Shown: positions 1-11,437, counted from the stretch's first letter. The stretch is DNA of 64,000 nt from Candidatus Chisholmbacteria bacterium RIFCSPHIGHO2_01_FULL_52_32 (GCA_001816585.1 MHCJ01000003.1:220228-284227), one strand, 5' to 3'. Notes: generated by a model from the letters alone, not told the origin. Numbers and translations: made by a program.

Positions 1-1216
1 CCATTCCGGCCAGGGCAACGCCGTAGGCGGCAGTGAGGGGATCCGGGAAGAGGAGGAAGGAGGCGAGGATCGTGGCGCCGATTGCAAGAATTGCCCAAAC
101 GGTTGAAGAAAATCCCGAAACGAGCCCAGAGAGGATAACGGTTGCCGGTCCGGTCTGGCTTTGTTTGGCGATCTCTCTCACCGGTTTATGATCCCCTGTG
201 GCGTAGTCGGTCAGATAAAAGATAAGGACGGAAAGCGCAATACCGATGGTTGTGGCAATGGCGAGCTTCGGATTTCCAAAGATCAGGTTTGAGAGGAGGA
301 AGAAGCCGATGACCGAAGCGCCGGCTGAGATGCCAAAAGCCTTTAAAATTGCATTCATACCATCGCGGATTTGTTCTTTTCCGCGGGCACGGACTGCGAA
401 TATCCCGAGGATTGAGGTCAGGACGCCCAAGGCGCGGACGGCAAGCGGGAACAGGACACCGGGAAGTCCGAAGGTTGCCGCACCCAAGATCATGGCCGCG
501 ACCAGGGTAACTTCGTAGCTTTCAAACAGATCCGCCGCCATACCGGCGCAGTCTCCGACATTATCCCCGACCTGATCGGCGATCACGGCTGCGTTCCTGG
601 GATCGTCCTCGGGAATCCCCTTTTCGACCTTTCCCACCAGGTCGGCGCCGACATCGGCGGCCTTGGTATAGATTCCTCCGCCGACCCGCATGAAGAGGGC
701 AAGCAAACTTCCTCCAAACCCAAAGCCGATCAGGACTTCGGTTGCGAGAGCACCGTATTTCCAATAGATGAGGGTTGCTCCAAGGAGCCCTAAACCAACA
801 GTGAGCATACCGGTGGTGGCACCGGCCTTGAAGGAAAGTTCTAACGCTTCCGAGAAGCTACGCTTGGCTTGCTCCGCGACCTTCGTGTTGGTCCGTGTCG
901 CGATGTTCATGCCGATTGTCCCGACTAAGGCGGAAAAGAACGCCCCCAAGAGGAATGCCCCGGCGCGGCCCAAGGCGAGGCCGGGGTTCGGGCTTGCGGC
1001 GTAGAGAAGTACGGCGAGGATGACGACAATCGGGGCGATGGTGGTGAACTGACGCTTGAGGTAGGCGTTAGCCCCTTGAAGTATGGCGTTCCCGACTTCC
1101 TCCATCTTCGGATCTCCGGAAGGCTTTGCCAGGACAAGCTTGGCAAGGTAGATGGCTACCCCAATGCCGGCGAGGGCGGAGGCAAGGATAACGCTTAGGA
1201 ATGTGTTGGTATCCAT
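1..1216 (-). CDS. hppA: Membrane-bound H+/Na+-translocating pyrophosphatase, N-terminal part (runs off window start)
   Basis: Manual translation from ATG 1216 (MDTNTFLSVIL...) gives RVGGGIYTKAADVGADLVGKVEKGIPEDDPRNAAVIADQVGDNVGDCAGMAADLFESY, the M-PPase signature motifs; not in the ORF track because the stop is outside the window. Confidence 0.95.
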   Translation of the reverse strand, partial: MDTNTFLSVILASALAGIGVAIYLAKLVLAKPSGDPKMEEVGNAILQGANAYLKRQFTTIAPIVVILAVLLYAASPNPGLALGRAGAFLLGAFFSALVGTIGMNIATRTNTKVAEQAKRSFSEALELSFKAGATTGMLTVGLGLLGATLIYWKYGALATEVLIGFGFGGSLLALFMRVGGGIYTKAADVGADLVGKVEKGIPEDDPRNAAVIADQVGDNVGDCAGMAADLFESYEVTLVAAMILGAATFGLPGVLFPLAVRALGVLTSILGIFAVRARGKEQIRDGMNAILKAFGISAGASVIGFFLLSNLIFGNPKLAIATTIGIALSVLIFYLTDYATGDHKPVREIAKQSQTGPATVILSGLVSGFSSTVWAILAIGATILASFLLFPDPLTAAYGVALAGM

Positions 1217-1221
1217 TACAA

Positions 1222-1370
1222 TACAAGTTAAAAGTTTAAAGTGAAAGGTTTAAAATTGCAATTCAAATAAGTTAAAAGTTTAAAGTGAAAGGTTTAAAGT
1301 TGCAATTAAGAATTTAAAGTTTTCATTTTGTATTGAAATTTTGAACTTTGAATTTTAAACTTTGCACTTT
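1222..1370. repeat. AT-rich 7-mer tandem repeat tract with inverted arms
   Basis: AAGTTAA/AAGTTTA/AAGTGAA units followed by complementary TTGAACT/TTAAACT units; 39-nt near-perfect direct repeat at 1225 and 1269. Confidence 0.8.
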
Positions 1371-1374
1371 CTTA

Positions 1375-3369
<1,995 letters not shown>

Positions 3370-3387
3370 TTAAATATTCAATTTTCA

Positions 3388-3424
3388 GTCCGCCTGCGCC
3401 AAGTCAGACTTGGCTACGGCAGGA
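3388..3424. repeat. Short REP-like palindrome
   Basis: GCCAAGTC-A-GACTTGGC hairpin (3398-3414) inside CCTGC...GCAGG arms; same core at 21936-21952. Confidence 0.55.
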
Positions 3425-3581
3425 TTGCAGCTTCGGGATATGGAAAGGGCTCTCGTGATACCAGTCAGAGAATCCGAGGGCTCTTCGCCCTCGGAGCTTC
3501 AACAATCTCTTTAGCGTCAATTGTAACAGACTGATAACCGGGTGTCCAGGACATTTTGTCCCACAATCATGGGCTTTTCCT

Positions 3582-4283
3582 CTAGGAATTGCCTCTATTT
3601 CGATCGTTCCCTTTCCTATCTTGGGGAAACCGGAGCGCTAAATGTTCCAGGGTTAAGCGCGGATTGACGTTTGCATCAAGATCGAGAATCGCCTGATGAG
3701 TGAGTTTTACCACTTGGTACCACCAGGGGTCCAGCTTCATTTTCTCTCTTGCGAGCATGAGGATTTGGCGGAGCCTGGCCTTCGCTTCTTTTTGGTCAAT
3801 TTCGCCCACCGCTTTCAGACGCAGGGAAAGGGAGGGTTCCATGAGGCTCCGCGCGAGGTCAACTGCCTCGCCTCGGATCGTTGACCGCGGAGAAGGAGAG
3901 GTTGCCAGCATGAGCTGGCAGCGTGAACGAATGGTGGGGATGAGGGAATACTGGTTTCTGGTTTCCAGTATCAAGAAGGAGTTTGGTGCGGGTTCTTCAA
4001 GCGTTTTTAGGATCGCATGTTGGGCTTCGCGAGTCATGCGGTCGGCCCGAATTATAACGACGATCTTTGCTTTGCTTCTGAACGGTTTGAATTTAAGCGA
4101 TGAAATAATTCCCCTTATTGCCTCGATTCCGATGGTCGGATCGGGCCTTAAGATGAATGTGTCCGGATCGGAACGAATTAGCTCACTTTTATTTCCTGAC
4201 TCAGCCCGCAACCTGGCAATGAGATGCCTCACTTTTTCCCGGCGGGTTTTGGTTGTTCCTTGGCAGATGAGGAAGCTATGCAT
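3582..4283 (-). CDS. holB: DNA polymerase III delta-prime-like clamp loader subunit (short form)
   Basis: IGIEAIR, KIVVIIRADRMTREAQHAILKTLEEP, LIPTIRSRC motifs. Confidence 0.8.
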   Translation of the reverse strand: MHSFLICQGTTKTRREKVRHLIARLRAESGNKSELIRSDPDTFILRPDPTIGIEAIRGIISSLKFKPFRSKAKIVVIIRADRMTREAQHAILKTLEEPAPNSFLILETRNQYSLIPTIRSRCQLMLATSPSPRSTIRGEAVDLARSLMEPSLSLRLKAVGEIDQKEAKARLRQILMLAREKMKLDPWWYQVVKLTHQAILDLDANVNPRLTLEHLALRFPQDRKGNDRNRGNS

Positions 4284-4284
4284 G

Positions 4285-4442
4285 TTCCAAATTTAAAGTT
4301 TAAAATTCAAAGTTAAAAGTTACAACTAATAAAATTAAAAGTTTCTCTCCTAACTTGTAACTTTAAACTGCAACTTTGAACTTTACACTTTACACTTTAA
4401 ACTTTTTTGACCCTCAACCCTCAACCCTCAACCCTCAACCCT
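4285..4442. repeat. 7-mer repeat tract with inverted arms plus (ACCCTCA)n
   Basis: AAAGTTT/AAAATTC/AAAGTTA units, then AACTTTG/CACTTTA units, then tandem ACCCTCA. Confidence 0.8.
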
Positions 4443-4463
4443 TTTCTATACCCCTTTCTTGCC

Positions 4464-4491
4464 TTGACATTCTAGCATAAAGCTTCATAAT
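4464..4491 (+). promoter_or_regulatory. Sigma70-type promoter of the pilus operon
   Basis: TTGACA-16 nt-CATAAT upstream of pilB. Confidence 0.6.
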
Positions 4492-4544
4492 TTTATTTGA
4501 CACCGCCCTCCTTCTCGCCTGGCGTATTTGGTGGAATTTATCAT

Positions 4545-6320
4545 ATGCCCAATGACCCTGCCACTTCAGACAGTCCACGTTCGAAACCGTCCTCTGCCCC
4601 CTCGTCCATTCTGGATTTCCTGCTTCAGGTAAAGACGCTTACTAAAGAGCAGTATGACCAGATTCGGTTTGAGTCGGCTAGCGGAGGAAGAAGCCCTGAA
4701 GATTTGATGGTTGAAAAAAACTTGGTCGGTGAAGAGGCGTTGGCTCGGGCAAAGGCCTCGTTCTATAATGTCCCCTTTCTCGATTTAGAGCGGACGGCCG
4801 CTTCTCCGGAGGCGCTTGATAAACTTCCCGAAAGTGTTGCCAGTCGGTATAAAGCGCTCCCTTTTGAATATAACCAGAAGGACAATACGTTGTCCGTGGC
4901 AATGGCAAACCCACTGGACCTTGAGGCAATCGAGTTTATCGAAAAGAAGTCTGGCTGTCAGGTCATTCCGTTCATGGTTGTTGAATCGCAACTTACGTCC
5001 TTGATCGGAGACCTCTATGCCCAGAGCCTTTCTGTCGAGGTTACCGAGGCTTTAAAAGAGGCGGCTCCGGGAGAGGGAAAGGTTACGACAATTGATATTA
5101 CGAAACTCGGGGAGGTCATCCGCGAGGCACCGATTGCGAAGGTCGTGGCAACCTTACTTGAGTTTGCGATTAAAGCCCGGGCTTCAGATATCCATATTGA
5201 GCCTTTGGTGGATAGAACACGGGTACGATACCGGATTGATGGGATTCTGGTAGAGAAGCTCATATTGCCACGGCGTGTCCATAACGCGGTCGTCTCGCGG
5301 ATCAAGATACTTTCCGGAATGAAGATTGACGAGAAAAGACTCCCGCAGGACGGTCGTTTCAATTTCAAGATTGGGGAGGAAGAGGTTGATCTTCGGGTTT
5401 CCACCTTGCCGATCGTCCATGGAGAAAAGGTGGTAATGCGGTTACTGAAGAAAACCGGTCGCGTTCCGACTATGCCCGAGTTGGGTCTGCGCGGTATGGC
5501 CCTGAAGAACCTCCAGGAAGCGGTTCGGGTTCCCCACGGAATTATCCTGATCACCGGTCCGACAGGATCTGGGAAGACGACGACGTTGTATGCGATTCTC
5601 TCCAAACTGAATACTCCTCAAGTGAATATCATCACCCTTGAGGATCCGGTGGAATACGAAATGGCCGGGGTGAATCAGGTCCAGGTTAACCCGCTGGCTG
5701 GCTTAACCTTTGCCTCAGGGATGCGCAGCTTCCTTCGGCAGGACCCCAATATCATCATGGTCGGTGAGGTACGAGATACCGAGACCGCAGAGCTTGCCAT
5801 CCAGGCATCGCTGACCGGGCACTTGGTCTTCTCAACCTTGCATACGAACTCCGCCTCTGGGGCTCTCCCCCGGCTTTTGGATATGAAAGCCGAGCCTTTC
5901 TTGTTGGCATCCTCGATGACTTGCGTAATGGCCCAGCGGGTGGTTCGAAAAATTTGTGAACATTGCAAAGCTCCGATTTCCCCCCCGCCCGAGCTCGTTA
6001 CGGATATGAAGAAGGTTCTCGGTTCGTTGTATGACACGGTCAGATACGGTCAGGGAACGGGAGAAGGAGCTGTCACGCTGTACCGAGGAAAACACTGTGC
6101 TGAATGCGGCGATACCGGATACAGCGGCCGGGTTGGGATTTTTGAAGTGCTGCCGGTGTCGGAGCGGATCGGGCGGCTCATCTTGGAACGTGCACCGGCC
6201 AGTCGTATTGAGGAACAGGCAGTTTCCGAGGGTATGGTGTTGATGAAGCAGGACGGATATTTGAAGGCTTTGGAAGGAATTACTACAATAGAAGAAGTGC
6301 TTAGAGTTGCGGAGTCCTAG
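4545..6320 (+). CDS. pilB: Type IV pilus assembly ATPase PilB/GspE
   Basis: ASDIHIEP, RLPQDGR, Walker A GPTGSGKTTT, LRQDPNIIMVGEVRD, GHLVFSTLHTN, tetracysteine motif; ATG 4545 preferred over TTG 4497. Confidence 0.95.
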   Translation: MPNDPATSDSPRSKPSSAPSSILDFLLQVKTLTKEQYDQIRFESASGGRSPEDLMVEKNLVGEEALARAKASFYNVPFLDLERTAASPEALDKLPESVASRYKALPFEYNQKDNTLSVAMANPLDLEAIEFIEKKSGCQVIPFMVVESQLTSLIGDLYAQSLSVEVTEALKEAAPGEGKVTTIDITKLGEVIREAPIAKVVATLLEFAIKARASDIHIEPLVDRTRVRYRIDGILVEKLILPRRVHNAVVSRIKILSGMKIDEKRLPQDGRFNFKIGEEEVDLRVSTLPIVHGEKVVMRLLKKTGRVPTMPELGLRGMALKNLQEAVRVPHGIILITGPTGSGKTTTLYAILSKLNTPQVNIITLEDPVEYEMAGVNQVQVNPLAGLTFASGMRSFLRQDPNIIMVGEVRDTETAELAIQASLTGHLVFSTLHTNSASGALPRLLDMKAEPFLLASSMTCVMAQRVVRKICEHCKAPISPPPELVTDMKKVLGSLYDTVRYGQGTGEGAVTLYRGKHCAECGDTGYSGRVGIFEVLPVSERIGRLILERAPASRIEEQAVSEGMVLMKQDGYLKALEGITTIEEVLRVAES

Positions 6321-6355
6321 CTGTTCCATTAATTCTTAATTCGTGAAGGATCCTG

Positions 6356-7417
6356 ATGGATATTGTCAAGCTTCTTGAGAAAACGATTTCGGCTGCTGCC
6401 TCTGATTTACATATTGTTGTTGGTTTACCGCCAATGATCCGCGTTGAGGGAGAACTGTCTCCCGTCGAAGAGAGGCCGCTGACTGATGAAGAAACCCAGG
6501 AGATGGTCTTTTCGCTGCTTTCCCCGGAGCAAAAGGACCTCTTCTTAGTGAACCGAGAGCTCGATTTCTCCTATGACCATGAAGCGAAAGGGAGATTTCG
6601 GGTCAATGCCTACCACCAAAAAGGATTTGTTTCGGCCGCGCTGCGGCTCATCCCTTCCCAGATCCGGACCATTGAAGAGCTGAACCTTCCGAAGGTCCTC
6701 CATGATTTCGCCAAGCTCCGCCAGGGGTTTGTATTGGTCACCGGGCCTACCGGGCACGGTAAATCGACAACCTTGGCTGCGGTTATCCAGGAGATTAACG
6801 AGACTCAAGCCTCCCACATCGTGACCGTTGAAGACCCCATTGAATACGTCTACCCCATCGGAAGAAGCATCATTTCCCAGCGCGAGCTCCACTCGGATAC
6901 TCACTCTTGGGAAATTGCTCTCCGAAGTGCCCTTCGAGAAGACCCGGATGTGGTTTTGATCGGAGAAATGCGGGATTATGAAACCATCGCGGCAGCCCTC
7001 ACCATCGCTGAGACCGGCCACTTGGTTTTTGCGACCTTGCATACCAACAGCGCGGCCCAGACCATTGACCGGATTGTCGATGTGTTCCCCGAGCACCAGC
7101 AAGCGCAGGTCAAGATGCAGCTTTCAAACACGCTTGAAGCGGTGCTGTCCCAACGGCTCCTTCCTTCGGTAACCGGCGGAAGAATTCCCGTTGCAGAGAT
7201 TCTTTTGGCAAATGCGGCAGTCCGGACGACCATTCGTGAAGGAAAGACCCATCTTATCGATAACGTCATTCAAACTTCTGCCGACATCGGCATGAACACC
7301 TTGGAAACCAGCATGGCCTATTGGGTAAAGGCAGGGAAGCTTTCGCTTCAGGTTGCGACAGAGTGGGCGCTCCGGCCGGCTGAACTTCGGCGGCTGGTCC
7401 GTGGCGGAAAGGAGTAA
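6356..7417 (+). CDS. pilT: Type IV pilus retraction ATPase PilT
   Basis: ASDLHI, GPTGHGKSTT, TVEDPIE, ALREDPDVVLIGEMRD, AETGHLVFATLHTN, TTIREGK. Confidence 0.95.
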   Translation: MDIVKLLEKTISAAASDLHIVVGLPPMIRVEGELSPVEERPLTDEETQEMVFSLLSPEQKDLFLVNRELDFSYDHEAKGRFRVNAYHQKGFVSAALRLIPSQIRTIEELNLPKVLHDFAKLRQGFVLVTGPTGHGKSTTLAAVIQEINETQASHIVTVEDPIEYVYPIGRSIISQRELHSDTHSWEIALRSALREDPDVVLIGEMRDYETIAAALTIAETGHLVFATLHTNSAAQTIDRIVDVFPEHQQAQVKMQLSNTLEAVLSQRLLPSVTGGRIPVAEILLANAAVRTTIREGKTHLIDNVIQTSADIGMNTLETSMAYWVKAGKLSLQVATEWALRPAELRRLVRGGKE

Positions 7418-7447
7418 GATTGTTGGCTTTCTGGTGGGCCTGCCTGT

Positions 7448-8656
7448 ATGGAGCAATTTCGGTATAAAGCAAAATCTCATGAGGGTGGAAAAGCACAAAG
7501 CGGAAAAGTTGAGGCACGTGACATTCGTCAGGCAGCCTCCATTCTTCGTGAAAGAGGCTTAGTGGTTGTTGGGCTTTCTCCGATCAGCCACCACATCCGC
7601 TTCACCTTCGTTTCCTCCTTTTTACATCGGGTGAAGTTTGTCGACATCGCTAATTTTACCCGTCAGCTGTCTACAATGATTACGGCAGGATTGCCGCTCA
7701 CGGACTCGTTGTCTCTGTTGGAAACCCAGGTTTCCCCCGGGCTTCAGACGATCGTTTCCGAAGTCCTGCGGGACGTCGAGGGTGGAAAGCCGCTCGGTGA
7801 GGCGCTCGAGAAGCACCCGCATGTATTTAACACGGTCTACGTTTCCTTGGTCCGGGCCGGGGAGGCGGCGGGAAAGCTTGATGAAATGCTCGCCAGACTT
7901 GCCGACAACCTTGAGAAAGAGAGGGAGTTCCGGGCGAAGACCAAAGGGGCAATGATCTACCCTCTTATCATTATTATCGGCATGATCATCGTCACGGCGG
8001 TCATGATGATTTTTGTGATTCCGAAGATGACTCAATTGTATGACGACTTTGGGGCGAAGTTACCCTTTGCCACTCTTCTTTTGGTGAATATCTCCAAATT
8101 CTTTTCCTCATTTTGGTATATTGTGCTTCTCATTGGGGTGGGGTCAAGTTGGATGTTTCGCCTTTGGCGTGCAACCCCCATAGGACGGCGATCGTTTGAT
8201 GAGTTTATCTTCCGCATACCGGTCTATGGGAACTTGCGCAGAGAGGTGTTGCTTGCAGAATTTTGTCGGACGCTGGGTTTGTTGGTGGGTGCGGGTGTTT
8301 CGATCGTTGAGGGATTGAATATCGTATCCGATACCTTGCCCAACCAGGTCTACGCCGATTCCGTGCGCGAGACCGCAAAAAGAGTCGAAAAAGGGCTTTC
8401 CGTTGCGGCAACAATCGCTTTGTATCCCCATTTCCCCCCTATTCTTTCGCAGATGCTTTCCGTCGGAGAGGAGACGGGAAAAATCGATGAGGTGTTATTG
8501 AAACTCGCCGTCTATTTTGAAACGGAATCGGAACACCTCATAAAAGGCTTGACAACCGCAATTGAGCCTCTTATCATGGTTTTCTTAGGCATCGGTGTCG
8601 GGTTTTTGGTCATCTCAGTGATCATGCCGATTTATAACCTCACCAGCCAAATGTAA
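7448..8656 (+). CDS. pilC: Type IV pilus platform protein PilC (T2SS F family)
   Basis: FRYKA, FTRQLSTMITAGLPL, AGEAAGKLD, GAMIYP, VGEETGKID, IEPLI. Confidence 0.95.
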   Translation: MEQFRYKAKSHEGGKAQSGKVEARDIRQAASILRERGLVVVGLSPISHHIRFTFVSSFLHRVKFVDIANFTRQLSTMITAGLPLTDSLSLLETQVSPGLQTIVSEVLRDVEGGKPLGEALEKHPHVFNTVYVSLVRAGEAAGKLDEMLARLADNLEKEREFRAKTKGAMIYPLIIIIGMIIVTAVMMIFVIPKMTQLYDDFGAKLPFATLLLVNISKFFSSFWYIVLLIGVGSSWMFRLWRATPIGRRSFDEFIFRIPVYGNLRREVLLAEFCRTLGLLVGAGVSIVEGLNIVSDTLPNQVYADSVRETAKRVEKGLSVAATIALYPHFPPILSQMLSVGEETGKIDEVLLKLAVYFETESEHLIKGLTTAIEPLIMVFLGIGVGFLVISVIMPIYNLTSQM

Positions 8657-8775
8657 TAAAAGTTTAAAGTTCAAAGTTGAAGAGCCGAATTATCTCATGA
8701 CTGTTAACTTTTCATTTTTAACTTTTCACTTTTTTGCTGTCCAGAGAGGGGGTGAAAGGAAAAGCTACTTTCCTT

Positions 8776-9324
8776 ATGAAACTCAAACTCTCAAGAGGAT
8801 TTACCCTTATTGAGCTACTGATCGTCATTGCGGTGTTGGGAATCCTTGTGGTTGCCATCCTTTCCGCCCTTGATCCTTTAGAGCAATTACGCAAAGCGCG
8901 GGATGCCGGACGAAAATCCGATGCGGCTGAACTGTTGGCTGCTTACGAGCGGTACTACACCACCTACAACTGTTATCCTTGGGATACCGGTGCACCGACC
9001 TGTACGGCAAGTGTCCTTCGGTCATCGGCGGTAAACCCAGATTTTGCCGTTGCGGGAGCTGATTACCGTCTGATCACTCAAGGTGAGATGAAAGCCCAGT
9101 TTGCCAACCGGCGAACCGTGGTAGCGACCACGCCGGCAAACCAAAGACTTTATGTCAGTGAAGCAGCCGGGAGACAAGTTTCCGTCTGTTTTGAGCCCGA
9201 GTCAGGATCTGCGAGAACCGCTGGTGCGCAGGGACCGCTTCGGAACAACACGAACAGTGCGACGGCGGTCTGCGGAGCGGGAGCGTATCCAAGTACGACC
9301 TGCTATATCTGCGTACCGCAATAA
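8776..9324 (+). CDS. Type IV pilin, copy 1
   Basis: Class III signal RG|FTLIELLIVIAVLGIL, KARDAGRKSD, C-terminal Cys pairs; ATG 8776 by alignment with copy 2. Confidence 0.9.
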   Translation: MKLKLSRGFTLIELLIVIAVLGILVVAILSALDPLEQLRKARDAGRKSDAAELLAAYERYYTTYNCYPWDTGAPTCTASVLRSSAVNPDFAVAGADYRLITQGEMKAQFANRRTVVATTPANQRLYVSEAAGRQVSVCFEPESGSARTAGAQGPLRNNTNSATAVCGAGAYPSTTCYICVPQ

Positions 9325-9433
9325 CATACGCAGTGATCGTTGGGCAAACGCGTTATTCTTTGCCCTGAAGCGGGATAGTGTAGAGTGCCTTAAATACAAA
9401 GAGGGGGGGTGAGAGGAAAAACTATTTTTCCTT

Positions 9434-9988
9434 ATGAAACTCAAACTCTCAAGAGGATTTACCCTTATTGAGCTACTGATCGTCATTGCGGTGTTGGGAA
9501 TCCTTGTGGTTGCCATCCTTTCCGCCCTTGATCCTTTAGAGCAATTACGCAAAGCGCGGGATGCCGGACGAAAATCCGATGCGGCTGAACTGTTGGCTGC
9601 TTACGAGCGGTACTACACCACCTACAACTGTTATCCTTGGGATACCGGTGCACCGACCTGTACGGCGGTTGTCAACAGAGCTGTGGCTGTCAATCCGAAC
9701 TTTGCCGTGGCCGGTGATGATTACCGTCTGATCACTCAAGGTGAGATGAAAGCCCAGTTTGCAAACCGGCGGACTGTGATAGCCACGACGCCCGCTGCAG
9801 AGCGGTTGTTTGTGAGCGAAATTGCCGCTACGCGACAAGCTTCAGTCTGTTTTGAGCCCGAATCCGGATCGGCGAGAAACGCGGGTGCCCAAGGACCATT
9901 GCGCACCAATACGAATGCGCCGGATGCGGACAACCTCTGCACCGGGACGTATCCGAACGCATCTTGCTTTATCTGCGTTCCGCAGTAA
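9434..9988 (+). CDS. Type IV pilin, copy 2
   Basis: Same N-terminus as copy 1 (first 233 nt identical), divergent C-terminal half. Confidence 0.9.
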   Translation: MKLKLSRGFTLIELLIVIAVLGILVVAILSALDPLEQLRKARDAGRKSDAAELLAAYERYYTTYNCYPWDTGAPTCTAVVNRAVAVNPNFAVAGDDYRLITQGEMKAQFANRRTVIATTPAAERLFVSEIAATRQASVCFEPESGSARNAGAQGPLRTNTNAPDADNLCTGTYPNASCFICVPQ

Positions 9989-10024
9989 AGACATACAAAA
10001 ATCGAGACAACCTCTGATCGTGGT

Positions 10025-10840
10025 ATGATTGGTACGATGATCATCGGAGCTGTCTCGGTTTTTTTATTCGGTTTGGCTATAGGGAGTTTTCTTAACGTTG
10101 TTATCTATCGAACCATCCATGGGGAGAGCCCGTTTGAGGGCCGCAGCCGTTGTCCTCATTGTAAAAAAACCATTCGGGCAATCGACAACATTCCCCTTCT
10201 CTCCTTTCTTTTTCTCGGCGGCCGGTGCAGATACTGCAAGACGAAGATCTCCTGGACCTACCCGGTCATTGAATTGTTGACCGGGGTTCTATTTGTCTGG
10301 TGGTGGCTGGGCGGTTCGCTTTTCTTTAAACTGACCGCTGCCCCGTTTGTTTACCTTCAACCGTTGTTTTGGCTTACGGTGGGGACACTCCTTCTTTCCC
10401 TGTTTTTTACCGATTTTCTCTACGGTATCCTCCCTGATATTCTGGTCGGCGTATTGGGAGTATTGGCCCTGGCGTACCGAGTGCTATTGACCTATACAGG
10501 AATCATGCAGTGGCCCGATTTTTGGTATTCTATCGCAAGCGGAATCGGCGCTTCACTGTTTTTCTTTGCCCTCCACGCATTAACCCGCGGGCGCGGGATG
10601 GGCATGGGCGATGTGAAGCTTGGTTTGGCCTTCGGAATCCTTTTGGGGTGGCCGAGGACACTTGTAGCGGTGTTTGCCAGTTTTGTCAGCGGGGCTCTGG
10701 TCGGGGTGTGGTTACTTGCGAGCGGTCGTCGGCAGTTTGGTCAGACTATTCCATTCGGTCCGTTTCTTGTTCTCGGGACGATGGTTTCTCTCCTTTGGGG
10801 CGGGGCACTTTGGAGTTGGTATATGGGGATGATATTCTAG
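10025..10840 (+). CDS. pilD: Prepilin peptidase
   Basis: GSFLNVVIYR, RSRCPHC, GRCRYC, GMGMGDVKL, IPFGPFL; start may be ATG 10037. Confidence 0.93.
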   Translation: MIGTMIIGAVSVFLFGLAIGSFLNVVIYRTIHGESPFEGRSRCPHCKKTIRAIDNIPLLSFLFLGGRCRYCKTKISWTYPVIELLTGVLFVWWWLGGSLFFKLTAAPFVYLQPLFWLTVGTLLLSLFFTDFLYGILPDILVGVLGVLALAYRVLLTYTGIMQWPDFWYSIASGIGASLFFFALHALTRGRGMGMGDVKLGLAFGILLGWPRTLVAVFASFVSGALVGVWLLASGRRQFGQTIPFGPFLVLGTMVSLLWGGALWSWYMGMIF

Positions 10841-10995
10841 TTAAAAGTTAAAAGTTAAAAGTTAAAAGTTTCAGAGTGAACAGAAAACAGTTAAAAGTGG
10901 AAAGTGAGAAGTTGAAAACGCCCATTTTAAACGAGCGACGGTAACTTTGAACTTTGAATTGTAATTTAAACTTTTCATTTTTTATTTTTAACTTG
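10838..10995. repeat. 7-mer repeat tract with inverted arms
   Basis: (GTTAAAA)x4 then AACTTTG/ATTTTTA-type complementary units. Confidence 0.8.
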
Positions 10996-11001
10996 TTCCT
11001 G

Positions 11002-11030
11002 TTGACAGGATTTAGGGAGGCTGTCATACT
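11002..11030 (+). promoter_or_regulatory. Sigma70-type promoter, probably giving a leaderless mRNA
   Basis: TTGACA-17 nt-CATACT with extended TG; ATG 8 nt downstream, no Shine-Dalgarno. Confidence 0.6.
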
Positions 11031-11038
11031 TTTTTTGA

Positions 11039-11437
11039 ATGCGAAAAAACAGGGGATTTACGATCATCGAGCTTCTGGTGGCTTTGACGATCGTTGCCAT
11101 CATCACCGCTCTGGCGGTGGCAAGCTATACCTCCGCCAGACGAAATAGCCGGAATGCCAAGCGGCGGGGCGACATGGTCGCACTTCAGCAGGCGTTCGAA
11201 CAGTATTATCTTTCGAACCAGACCTACGCAACTCCCTGCTCGACTATGGCAACGGGATATTTACAAGGTTCCTTCCCCGCGGAAACGCTCGTCGGTTGGA
11301 ACGCGTACGCGCAAAACTGTACGGCTACGACGTACTGCGTTTGTGCACGTTTGGAGGGCGGAGGAGGCGGAAATGCGTCGAACAGCACGTGTACGTTCGG
11401 AACGGGGGAATATTTTTGCGTTGCGAACCAACAGTAA
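11039..11437 (+). CDS. Type IV pilin/pseudopilin
   Basis: RG|FTIIELLV signal, RRNSRNAKRRGD. Confidence 0.88.
   Translation: MRKNRGFTIIELLVALTIVAIITALAVASYTSARRNSRNAKRRGDMVALQQAFEQYYLSNQTYATPCSTMATGYLQGSFPAETLVGWNAYAQNCTATTYCVCARLEGGGGGNASNSTCTFGTGEYFCVANQQ

Noticed and set aside
246-1146. Short ORFs listed over the pyrophosphatase, and the many antisense or alternate-frame ORFs over other genes and tRNAs
   Set aside because: Shadow ORFs overlapping well-supported genes, with no recognisable motifs
1222-1370. CRISPR array in the AT-rich repeat tracts
   Set aside because: Units are 7-nt degenerate tandem repeats without unique spacers; no cas genes in the window
8776-9988. Diversity-generating retroelement TR/VR pair in the duplicated pilins
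   Set aside because: Differences are not adenine-specific, include indels and synonymous changes, both copies are full ORFs, and no reverse transcriptase is present
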